In this document: one piece after another, positions 54,701 to 61,418 of the stretch
How positions within the stretch are numbered: position 1 is the stretch's first letter
Layout of the letters: each line of letters begins with the position of its first letter
Virus record (IMG/VR): IMGVR_UViG_3300022179_000487
Location: 1-61,418 of that record
DNA length: 61,418 bases
Reading direction: 5' to 3' (one strand)
DNA from: a virus
Lineage: Duplodnaviria; Caudoviricetes
Translations under genes and position numbers: made by a program
Notes under the pieces: generated by a model
Database searches by the model: none
Seen by the model: only the letters and a program-made list of their open reading frames with translations
What the model was told of the DNA's origin: nothing

Positions 54701-57700
54701 CAACGTGTTAAGGCTGTCAAAAACTTTAACAGCGGCGCAGTTGACGTAATTATCCTGAACCAAGCTGGTTCTACCGGACTGTCGTTGCACGCCTCTAGCA
54801 AGTTCAAGGATCAGCGTAAGCGTCACATGATCATTGTTCAACCAGAGGCAAACATCGACACCCACATGCAGATGCTGGGCCGTGTTCACCGTACTGGCCA
54901 GGTGATCCCGCCTGCGTACTCTCAGATGATGGCTGACATCCCTGCTGAGATGCGCCCTGCCGCCATCCTGCTCAAGAAGATGGCCAGCCTGAACGCCAAC
55001 ACCACGGCTTCACGCAAGTCCGCTGTGACGGCTGAAGGCGCTGTTGACTTCATGAACGAGTACGGTGGTCAGGTTGCCCAGGAATACCTGCGTGACAACC
55101 CAGAGGTTTATGAAGCCCTGGGCGGCGAGAAGATTATGGAGATTGCAGAGGATCCGTCCGGGGCCGGCGAAGAAGACATTCGCAAGCTGACTGGGTATAT
55201 CCCAATCCTGCCGATCAAGCAGCAGGAAGAGGTATACAAGGATCTGGTTGAGCGCTACAACGATCTGATTGAGCGCGAAGACAGCATGGGCAGCAACAAG
55301 CTGGAATCCAAGGCTGCTGACCTGGACGCCAAGACCCTTGCTTCTGTGCCCATCACCGAGGACAAGGGTGATCCGTCTATCTTTGCCAAGCCTGCCATCA
55401 TGGAGAAGGTGGACGTCAAGCGCACGGTCAAGCCTTACTCCAAGGAAGAGGTTCAGCGCCAGGTTCAAAACAGCCTGAACGGGGAGAAACCCAGCGAGAA
55501 GTCTTCTCGTATGTGGCACGACCTGAGCGACCGCACCAAAGCATATGGCAAGTCTATTATCGAGAAGATGGAAGCCGAGGCTGAGCCAGACCGGGTCAAG
55601 ATCGAATCTATAAAGGGCCAGATCAACGCCCAGTACACCCACATCAAGACGGTCCTGACTGAGTTTCCGATCGGTACTCCAGTGGTGGCCAAGAACTCCA
55701 AGGGCATGCTGGTCAAGGGCGTTGTGACCGACATCCAGAACAAGCAGAAGACCAAGAACCCTGCGGCCGGCTCTGATTGGCAGATGACGATTGCCCTGGC
55801 TGACGGGGAATCCAAGTCCACCTCGATGCCGTTCTCTCAGATTGGTAGCGTGTACCAGCTGAAGCGAGAGCTCGAGACGCCTTGGTTCAACCAAGAGACC
55901 GACAAGTTCGAATACATCCCCATGCTGGATCTGTTCGACAAGGGTGCAACTGTGCGCCGCGAAAATCGTTGGATGGTGACCGGCAACATCCTGGCTGGGT
56001 TTGCTGCTGTCAACAACATGGGCCATATCAGAACCTATACCAAGGATGATGGCACCACGGCCCAGGGTATCTTGATGCCCCGCACGTTTGACTTTGAGAA
56101 AGCTCAGAAGAACGCAGATGTTCGCCTGAAGAACCTTGCCGCGGTAATGGACTTCTTCAACACGTTTGGCCGTAATGCTGAGGTCAGCACGCCGGATGGG
56201 AACCTGAGAATCGCCTACATGGGCGGGACTGAGTACCGCTTTGTTACACCCAGCTCCAAGCGTGAGGGCGGTTCTTTCTATCTGGACAAGGGCCTGACCG
56301 ACATTACTGGTGACTTGTACAAGTCTGGTCAGATCATGCGTACAACGGTCTATGACCAGGATAAAGCCAACGAAGCTATCCAGTACCTGTTGGCTGACCG
56401 GGGCGAGACTCTGATTGCTTACAACCACAAGGACGAAGCTCGGGAGATGTTTGCTCCCAAGATGCCTCTGGCTAACGTCCAGCCTGATGTTGAGCGTGAG
56501 AGTCTCAACACAACGGCCAACTTTGTTGCTGACCGTGAGACGTTGATCCGCAAGTACCAGAGTATGCGTCAGAAGCGCGGCATGATTCTGCGTAAGTTTA
56601 AGAAAGGCCAAGCCGGCCTGGATGAACAAGAGGCAATCAATACGATTGATGATGTTGCTAGCCAGCTCAAGGATGAGATCGCTGCAAGCAAGGTCAAGCG
56701 CACAGACGCCAAGAACTTCTTTGCCCAGGCCACCAAGCAGTGGAACGAAGGCAACATCAGCGATGACGTGTACGCCGCCATCAAGACGATGTACGAGAAG
56801 TTCCCCTTCGTGCTGGAAGGGCTGAACCTGTCTGTGAAGCAACAGCCGGCAGACAGTAATGCCGCTGGTCAGTTCTTCTCTCTGGCTCGTCTGGTCCGTC
56901 TGTACAAAGGAACCAACGGCGTCCAAGATCCTGTGACCATTCGTCACGAGGTCACCCATGGCCTCGAGCAGATGATGACTGCTGATGCTGCGGCAGACCT
57001 GATCATGGATTGGACAGACAAGCTGGGTAAAGCGATCAAGAAAGAGAAGTCTCCCAAGGCCCGTGCTTACTTCCAGGCAATCCTTGAGTTCTTTGAGAAC
57101 CCGTCTATCGAGGCATATAACAATGCCATGGGCTTGATGCCTAGCTACGACTATTACCAGTACATCAACCCGTCTGAGTACTGGGCTGTCAATGCTGAGA
57201 AGTTGATGGCACGCAAGCTGGGTACTGGCTGGGATAAATTCGTCCTGGCCGCTAAGCGCCTGTTCGAAGGTCTGAAGTACATGTTCGGTTTTGACAACCA
57301 GTACGTTGTGCATCGGATCTTCAACGACATCATGACGTCTAAGGGTGAACGCTTTACCAAAGCGGCCCTGAATGACTACGTCGAAGCCAGCGTGATGGGC
57401 ATGCTCAACCTGGATGAGAACACCCGTCGCAACTACAAGGGCAAGCCTGCTCCTCTGTCTGTGTGGGATTCTCCTGAGAAGTCCAAGATGGACGACTGGG
57501 CATACCGCTGGCAGGACAAGCACGTTGATACCAAGCGTGTTGTGCAGGCTGTGGTCAAAGGCATTGGCGAGATTGCTGACCGCTTTGATGCCTACTTGAA
57601 AGAGACGCTGTACCACGGTCGTGTTTCCAAGCAGACCATGGACTTCCTCAAGCGTGACTTCCGTCCGTTCATCGAGAAGATGGGCAAGATGGGCGTCAAG

Positions 57701-60175
57701 GTTGACGAGTTTGAGTTCTACCTGCAGAACCGCCACGCCCAGGAATACAACGACCTGATCGCGGCCCGTAACCCTGGCATGCCTGACGCTGGTTCTGGCA
57801 TCCCCACGGATGATGCAATTGCTTATCTCAACGGCCTGAGCAAGGAAGAGAAAGCTAAGTACGAAGAGCTGGCCAAGGACATCGACAAGTTTGTCGAGGG
57901 CACCCAGGACATGCTGGTGGCCAACGGGCTTGAAACCCAGGAGCGTATCGATTCTTGGCGTGACATGTTCAAGCACTACGTCCCGCTCAAGCGCGATCCC
58001 AACGAGCTGGACTTTGTGAACCCGAGCTTTGGCATGGGTAAGGGCTTTGCCATCAAGGGTGACTTCTCCCGTACGGCTACCGGCTCGCTGAAGACGGTTG
58101 TGGATATCCTAAACAACATTGCCCTCCAGCGTGAGATGGCGATCGTCAGGTCTGAGAAAGCCCGCGTGGGTCGTGCTCTGTACGGCATGGCTCTGCAGGC
58201 TCCCAACCCTGAGTTCTGGATGCCCATCAATCCTGATGCGGTCAAGAACAAGAAGAAGCTGATCGCCGAGCTCCAGGCTATGGGCTTGGATCCTGACACG
58301 GCAGAGAACATCTTCCAGCAACCACGCAGTCCTAGCATCGATAAGAAAACAGGACTGGTTCAATACCGAATCAATCCCAACGTTCTTAATGCAGAGAACG
58401 TGTTCCCGGTTCGTATCAATGGCAAAGACCGGTTCATCATCTTTAACCCGGCTGATGAGCGTGCCAAACGTATGGTCAAGGCTCTGAAGAACCTGGACGC
58501 CAACCAGCTTGAGAACGGGCTGGACACGGTTGCTGAGCTGACCCGCCTGATCGCGGCCATGAACACTCAGTTCAACCCCGTGTTCGGTGCCTGGAACTTT
58601 GTGCGTGACGTGGAGTCTGCAGCCGTCAACCTGACTGGCACTCCGATCGCAGACAAGCGCATGGAAGTTGTGGCTGGGGCTATCCCCGCGCTCAAGGCAA
58701 TCTACCGTGACCTGCGCGGCAAGACCCCGGCAGATGCCGAGGCTAAGGAGTGGATTGACCTGTATGAGCGCTTTGCCAACGCTGGTGGCCAGACTGGTTA
58801 CCGCGAGCAGTTCACCCGCGCCAAGGACAAGGCAACCCTGGTTCAACGTGAGATGGCCCGTTTGGACCGATCTAATGTGCGCCGTGTTGCCCAGTCTGTG
58901 GCTGACTGGTTGTCTGACTACAACGACGCCATGGAAAACGCCGTGCGTCTGTCAGCGTTCAAAGCTGGCCTGGAGTCAGGCATGTCCGAGGATCGGGCTG
59001 CTGAGTTGGCCAAGAACCTTACGGTTAACTTCAACCGTAAAGGATCCTGGACTACCAATGCTAATGCCTTCTATGCCTTCCTGAACGCCTCTGTGCAGGG
59101 CTCTGCCCGTATGGCTCAGCTGCTCTTCAAGCGTGATGACAATGGCAAGATCAGCCTGACAAAGGGTGGTAAGGCTGTTATCGCTGGCGGCATGATGATT
59201 GGTGCCATGCAAGCTGCGCTCCTGGCCTTCGCAGGCTTTGACGCAGACGAGCCCCCTGAGTTCTTGAAGAACAAGAACCTGATCATCCCCAACCCGTTTG
59301 GCCAGGGCTATGCAATCATCCCCATGCCACTGGGTTTGAACGTGTTCCCCAACGTGGCACGCCTGGTAACCGAGTATGCGCTGACCCAGGCCGGAGCTAT
59401 GACGGGTAAGCGTGATCTGCCTAAGACCATCCTGAGCATGGCCTCTGCTGTGCTGGATGCCTTCAACCCGCTGGGTTCTAGCGGCCTGATCCAGACCCTG
59501 TCGCCCACGTTGTCAGATCCATTTTTTGCTATCGCTGAGAACAAGGATGCCTTTGGCCGGCCGATCTCCAAGGAGAACCGTGCTACCAATCCGTCGCCTG
59601 GATGGGAGCGCAGCCGGGACAATGCATCTGCCATCAGCCAGGGTTTGGCCTACGGTATCAACTACTTGACGGGTGGTGGTAAGTACGGCATCGGTGCATT
59701 CAGCCCGACCGCTGACGACATTGACTATGCTTTCTCCCAGTACGTGGGTGGCCTGGGTCGTGAGATCTCCAAAGCAGCTGGCTTCGTCAAGGCTAAGGTC
59801 GAGGGTGAAGAGACACCGCCGTACAAGGTGCCGATCCTGGGCAAGGCTTATGGTGAGACGGAGACCCCGTCAGCTGTGTCGGACAAGTTCTACAAGAACG
59901 TCACGATGCTGGCTGAGCTCGAGGGTGAGATGAAGCGCATGCGGGAGAAGCGTGAGAATCTCTCAGAGTTCATGAAGGATAATCCCGAGTACCGATTCAT
60001 CCAGAACGCCAACAACCTGGAGAATCAGATTTCCAAGATTAACAAGACGATCAAGGAAATACAAAAGCGCCCGGAGACTGAGCAGACCAAGGCCCAGATC
60101 GAGCGCTACAAAGAACAAAAGCAACGGATGATGAATAACTTCAATGAACGTATCAAGGCTTTACAACGTCAATAA
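48776..60175 (+). CDS. Giant polyvalent virion protein: N6-adenine MTase, Strawberry-notch SF2 helicase, HExxH peptidase, LPD38-like C-terminus (DarB-like)
   Basis: VLEPTAGNG (about 51986), NPPF (52172), GDQTGVGKGR (about 53213), DESH (53663), QMLGRVHR (about 54869), HEVTH (56945), VNFNRKG/FLNASVQG. Confidence 0.88.
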   Translation: MDYDALAKQFGGVETKPENLDALAKQYGGTLVKEPGFLSNVGELLVKGGKQALTSAEVAPAVISGGDVAAKSRVIAEQLATPTANEPRELKEIKGAFKEEGKAWEEAQGFMQGSKAIGEMLYEVGRQAITNPKGLMYMTAEQAANMVPSIVGMLAGGKGGAAVGALGGPGGAAIGAGIGAIGGAFTGQAPVEIGSEFIGLIGKELQKRGLEPTERNVQALMQDKAFVQQAISDARTKGATTAAIDAATTLAGGRFAGGAKNAAIKAARTELGAGADLTQIASRANEIMASRTLAQKVGRGLGGAGIDIAGGGISEAGGQLAAYGKVDLEDVALEMLGELGGAAVEVPLAARSLRTPGLPGALKQPAPTVTPPEAVAPPTEPSAAPPAPPAEPMAQAAPSEAQDTSEMLREILAQTEERPAAQPPVSTGKPVEPKVTPGPVTPPEVSTFGTEVKQVTRTPQPPVAAAEPAVTPAPEQPTTPPTAPAVTPTAAPTNTLDQLLGGAFADSEIGITRASTVRDAINAIAKIPGARLNKNELSYPQKIAGASNALILKTPEQQEYAKTLLEQQRKPAATEDWWNELPEIKSENIIAPAGEYKPGQKVELNGRTWIVTAVSHTGNQITVKSADGAFEERRIEVAKVAPTPPAAVTPTPIQVYMGLEDASTESLKDGPVKDVLLASGMINGRGILTPSGRDLLTKIKPPGLSARQPTGEEAEAMIRENVLQPAAKAPAIAPAPAAPVTPAKPAAVEIVERFPMGENTEYRVVKTQVGYAANLYDADAGKYVPGSARIFKTETFGDQARAKATEFARGEFEKTQPKETPKAVEPEAKPTEADEKAKAKQDLEDALGDLSMLLTKPGRMNIVPEDEQKLMPILTRIMDAAFRLGKIKFKEAARFVMDTIRSKLGDEAADQITLDHLQGAYIGMAGKYQDQGASSKKEVIAVESMEGLAEAPAVDPQAIADHFLEGNEFGNINAARMFLTNKFNVDARPGTEGAKKADEAIEAGIVIAARQIVKDGKNPQDIFDKLVDLYDRQPNLSVRSSTSVANQAYSTPAPLAYVASELAGITNKTSVLEPTAGNGMLLIAANPDKVTANELDKGRFEALKSIMPGADITQGNALEMDIENNAFDVVIANPPFGKAGEISNIDHDIVLKSLVGMKEDGRAVLIVGGVQATTEEGRREGYRGRAKRDFYYELYNLYNVVDHFTAGGNMYAKQGTTYPVDVIVIDGVGKSSRDLPAADLPELITTYEQLKEKLNEPMVSREDRGTAGADVGVSAEREAEREAVGRGAERPSGGPSAEGREPAGGGERGVSEARPTERGQREPSGRGAGEVQPKPADVSERGAKGEPVAGAGERAKRAGEEGAEGRGLPKLGGVSVVSGERVGSGLAERRGLETETENQVAYYPHSKASSVGTLVPKAMAESIENSLAKIESSVGDLDNYVAESLEMDPETVRELFSAEQVDALALAIYNAEAGKGFIIGDQTGVGKGRVVAGMIRYALINNKIPFFVTEKPNLYSDMIRDLDDIGMTKELGLDTAKPNILITNNDETIPYTLLREVNGEIVENNLTLRPPKTGGAEMDAVLKKMQQNDSLGDYKVVFTTYNQLQTVRGKETERQRFINQFATGNYMIFDESHNAGGAGETQARTKEQREKAKAGESLVTGRASFVRNLVNKAYGTFFSSATYAKRPDVMDLYSSTDMSLAVDKISDLAEAIKSGGIPMQQTVARMLTQVGQYIRRERTFAGVSYNTQETSVDKQTAENMATSMRDILAFSRAKEVVVKDLQKEFDKQGAKLAIEGEKTKVQSANFGSTMHNLINQMLLSLKAQDSVRHAIERLKAGEKVVMTVSNTMGSFLKSYADDMDLNVGDAVELSFKDLYNRYLEKQRTITIKPPKGKGERKEYRLTDADLGPELTKQFNDIQKFIENAGFGSAPMSPIDYMHAELRKAGYKTEEITGRTMTLNYESGRPILTSRSANIKQRVKAVKNFNSGAVDVIILNQAGSTGLSLHASSKFKDQRKRHMIIVQPEANIDTHMQMLGRVHRTGQVIPPAYSQMMADIPAEMRPAAILLKKMASLNANTTASRKSAVTAEGAVDFMNEYGGQVAQEYLRDNPEVYEALGGEKIMEIAEDPSGAGEEDIRKLTGYIPILPIKQQEEVYKDLVERYNDLIEREDSMGSNKLESKAADLDAKTLASVPITEDKGDPSIFAKPAIMEKVDVKRTVKPYSKEEVQRQVQNSLNGEKPSEKSSRMWHDLSDRTKAYGKSIIEKMEAEAEPDRVKIESIKGQINAQYTHIKTVLTEFPIGTPVVAKNSKGMLVKGVVTDIQNKQKTKNPAAGSDWQMTIALADGESKSTSMPFSQIGSVYQLKRELETPWFNQETDKFEYIPMLDLFDKGATVRRENRWMVTGNILAGFAAVNNMGHIRTYTKDDGTTAQGILMPRTFDFEKAQKNADVRLKNLAAVMDFFNTFGRNAEVSTPDGNLRIAYMGGTEYRFVTPSSKREGGSFYLDKGLTDITGDLYKSGQIMRTTVYDQDKANEAIQYLLADRGETLIAYNHKDEAREMFAPKMPLANVQPDVERESLNTTANFVADRETLIRKYQSMRQKRGMILRKFKKGQAGLDEQEAINTIDDVASQLKDEIAASKVKRTDAKNFFAQATKQWNEGNISDDVYAAIKTMYEKFPFVLEGLNLSVKQQPADSNAAGQFFSLARLVRLYKGTNGVQDPVTIRHEVTHGLEQMMTADAAADLIMDWTDKLGKAIKKEKSPKARAYFQAILEFFENPSIEAYNNAMGLMPSYDYYQYINPSEYWAVNAEKLMARKLGTGWDKFVLAAKRLFEGLKYMFGFDNQYVVHRIFNDIMTSKGERFTKAALNDYVEASVMGMLNLDENTRRNYKGKPAPLSVWDSPEKSKMDDWAYRWQDKHVDTKRVVQAVVKGIGEIADRFDAYLKETLYHGRVSKQTMDFLKRDFRPFIEKMGKMGVKVDEFEFYLQNRHAQEYNDLIAARNPGMPDAGSGIPTDDAIAYLNGLSKEEKAKYEELAKDIDKFVEGTQDMLVANGLETQERIDSWRDMFKHYVPLKRDPNELDFVNPSFGMGKGFAIKGDFSRTATGSLKTVVDILNNIALQREMAIVRSEKARVGRALYGMALQAPNPEFWMPINPDAVKNKKKLIAELQAMGLDPDTAENIFQQPRSPSIDKKTGLVQYRINPNVLNAENVFPVRINGKDRFIIFNPADERAKRMVKALKNLDANQLENGLDTVAELTRLIAAMNTQFNPVFGAWNFVRDVESAAVNLTGTPIADKRMEVVAGAIPALKAIYRDLRGKTPADAEAKEWIDLYERFANAGGQTGYREQFTRAKDKATLVQREMARLDRSNVRRVAQSVADWLSDYNDAMENAVRLSAFKAGLESGMSEDRAAELAKNLTVNFNRKGSWTTNANAFYAFLNASVQGSARMAQLLFKRDDNGKISLTKGGKAVIAGGMMIGAMQAALLAFAGFDADEPPEFLKNKNLIIPNPFGQGYAIIPMPLGLNVFPNVARLVTEYALTQAGAMTGKRDLPKTILSMASAVLDAFNPLGSSGLIQTLSPTLSDPFFAIAENKDAFGRPISKENRATNPSPGWERSRDNASAISQGLAYGINYLTGGGKYGIGAFSPTADDIDYAFSQYVGGLGREISKAAGFVKAKVEGEETPPYKVPILGKAYGETETPSAVSDKFYKNVTMLAELEGEMKRMREKRENLSEFMKDNPEYRFIQNANNLENQISKINKTIKEIQKRPETEQTKAQIERYKEQKQRMMNNFNERIKALQRQ
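52539..52934 (+). CDS. Nested 131-aa gene in the +1 frame of the giant gene
   Basis: AAGGAG at 52526-52531, 7 nt before ATG; globular-looking sequence; coincides with the low-complexity linker of the host frame. Confidence 0.7.
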   Translation: MNPWYPEKIVAPPELTSVLVPSGKLSEKQWVEALSDRVADLALKEENPLEAANEACRRLDLPSVDNANQVGEALVKYNLNLLTYLSVEQRENQWPAQVSGPSEPAKKALKDVDFPSWVELALSQVNVSDLA

Positions 60176-60449
60176 GACCGCGAGAGAAGAGCTCACCTAT
60201 AGTCCCCCGGTGAGCCTCTTCCCATACTTCCTTACGCTCTTCCTTGCTCATCTTGCTGCCCTGATCCAGGTCTGCATGGCACCGATAGCATAGAGCCGCG
60301 ATCCTGAAGTCGTGGGCCTTGATGCCCTTACCCTTGCCGTCCCTTAGTTGGTTTGAGTGGGCGGCTACCACCGTGCCATCCTGGATGCCGCACTGCTGGC
60401 AGGGTAGCTGGCGCACGGCCTCGGTGAGCTTGGAGTTACGGTAGTTCAC
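60153..60449 (-). CDS. DUF1364/DUF968-like Zn-binding putative nuclease
   Basis: LPCQQC, VAAHSN, GKG.GIK..D, LCYRCH. Confidence 0.8.
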   Translation of the reverse strand: MNYRNSKLTEAVRQLPCQQCGIQDGTVVAAHSNQLRDGKGKGIKAHDFRIAALCYRCHADLDQGSKMSKEERKEVWEEAHRGTIGELFSRGLIDVVKP

Positions 60450-60633
60450 TTTTCTTTCTTTTCTTGATGGCTACGATACCCACTTCTTCGACGGGTTTCC
60501 TGGCCTCCATGAATTGATCAGCTATCTCAAAGGCGTGTGGGGCTATGCGGTCATACGCCCCTTGCTTGGTGAGAAGACCGCACATAGCGAACATGGCCGC
60601 TAGGTCTCTTAGGTTTTCTTCATGTTCAGTCAT
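60436..60633 (-). CDS. Small phage protein of the LRDxxA type (distant paralogue of 6826..7059)
   Basis: LRDLAAMFAM...AFEIADQFMEAR. Confidence 0.7.
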   Translation of the reverse strand: MTEHEENLRDLAAMFAMCGLLTKQGAYDRIAPHAFEIADQFMEARKPVEEVGIVAIKKRKKSELP

Positions 60634-60839
60634 TAGTGCCTCGTTGTATCCATGTTCTGAGCCTCAAAGTAATCGATAGCACGCTCCATATGCGCCCGGA
60701 TCATGTTGTCTGACATGCCAAGCTCTAGCGATGTCCCAACTACTGCCAGGTACATCCCGGCCAGCAGTGGGATCATCTCCTGCTCATCATGTTCATTGAT
60801 AAGCTGGACAAACTTATAGGCGTACTTCTCTTTGTTCAC
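60633..60839 (-). CDS. Hypothetical protein
   Basis: Overlaps neighbours in the operon. Confidence 0.65.
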   Translation of the reverse strand: MNKEKYAYKFVQLINEHDEQEMIPLLAGMYLAVVGTSLELGMSDNMIRAHMERAIDYFEAQNMDTTRH

Positions 60840-61108
60840 GGCTCTAGTTGTTCCAACTGGTCAACCAAGACCTCGCTCAAGTACTTGCCCTTGATAGCGA
60901 TGTGCTCGATCTCCTTGCAGGCGTCAATGACCTTGATGCAGTCTTTCACGGCCTTGCGGTAGCCGGCGTCGTAGCTGCCGTCACCATCCAGAATCATCTG
61001 GATAGCATCACGTACAGTGCTCGATGCCTTGCGTTCCTTGGCCAGTTCCTTGATCTGGTCGTGGTACTCGGGCGGCAAGTACACGCTGTAGGGGATGAGT
61101 TTCTTCAT
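60836..61108 (-). CDS. Putative ribbon-helix-helix DNA-binding protein
   Basis: IPYSVYLPPEYHDQIKELA....SSTVRDAI; GGAGG RBS. Confidence 0.6.
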   Translation of the reverse strand: MKKLIPYSVYLPPEYHDQIKELAKERKASSTVRDAIQMILDGDGSYDAGYRKAVKDCIKVIDACKEIEHIAIKGKYLSEVLVDQLEQLEP

Positions 61109-61418
61109 GAACGCCTCCATGCGTCAAAACTGTTCTTTAGTTTTACAAATAGCTCGCGTGCTTCCTGATCTGTCTTGAGCTCCTTCCTGGACTCAATGCC
61201 CAGGTAAGAGATTAGCCATTCAGTGCAAGCCTTTTCGTTCTTCTCAAATAACCATTCTTTAGCGTGGAGCCATTCCCAGAAGTCTGGGTCACGGCACAGG
61301 ATACCAGCCATCTTGACAGCATGGTCTCCCGGGAACTCGTTATTGCGGTTCATGGGTTGCTCATTCTCGTCGAGTCGCACCATTACAACAACATACCGGG
61401 AGCCAACAAAGTCACGAA
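61105..61418 (-). CDS. 3' part of the junction-spanning hypothetical protein
   Basis: AGILCRDPDFWEWL...GIESRKEL; in frame with 1..239. Confidence 0.75.
   Translation of the reverse strand, partial: RDFVGSRYVVVMVRLDENEQPMNRNNEFPGDHAVKMAGILCRDPDFWEWLHAKEWLFEKNEKACTEWLISYLGIESRKELKTDQEARELFVKLKNSFDAWRRS
61292..61418. repeat. Terminal direct repeat identical to 1-127
   Basis: Exact match by inspection. Confidence 0.95.

Noticed and set aside
55010-57976. 988-aa antisense ORF inside the giant gene
   Set aside because: It is codon-aligned with the sense frame, so stops arise only from TTA/CTA/TCA codons, which are rare in this gene; the product has shadow-ORF composition and no motifs

Overview
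The window is a complete, circularly assembled genome of a tailed dsDNA phage. The unique length is 61,291 bp, and bases 1-127 are repeated exactly at 61292-61418, which looks like an assembler overlap. The layout is podovirus-like, with no tape-measure gene and several large ejection-type genes. The small-gene families suggest a betaproteobacterial host, but this is inference only. Modules in order: (1) a leftward recombination/accessory operon crossing the junction (60153-61291 then 1-4218; ERF, PD-(D/E)XK nuclease, SAM methyltransferase, a paralogue cassette); (2) RuvC and a roughly 1.1 kb control region rich in structured non-coding elements (5340-6480); (3) replication genes (ParB-like protein, HNH, SF2 helicase, Toprim primase); (4) a leftward cluster of small, probably early genes (11973-15755); (5) terminases, portal, GroES, scaffold, capsid, many small basic proteins, tail genes, lysis genes and ejection proteins, ending in a 3799-aa polyvalent protein (N6-adenine MTase, Strawberry-notch helicase, HExxH peptidase, LPD38-like). 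I saw no integrase, DNA polymerase, tRNA or CRISPR array. The best candidates for new biology are a 131-aa gene with its own RBS overprinted in the +1 frame exactly on the MTase-helicase linker of the giant protein, a tandem pair of cloverleaf-like small RNAs with fixed boxes around a variable core, a roughly 380-nt hairpin-dense non-coding tract, a shared operator at three promoter regions, and recoded gene segments next to free-standing HNH genes. All family calls come from motif recognition by eye; no database search was run.
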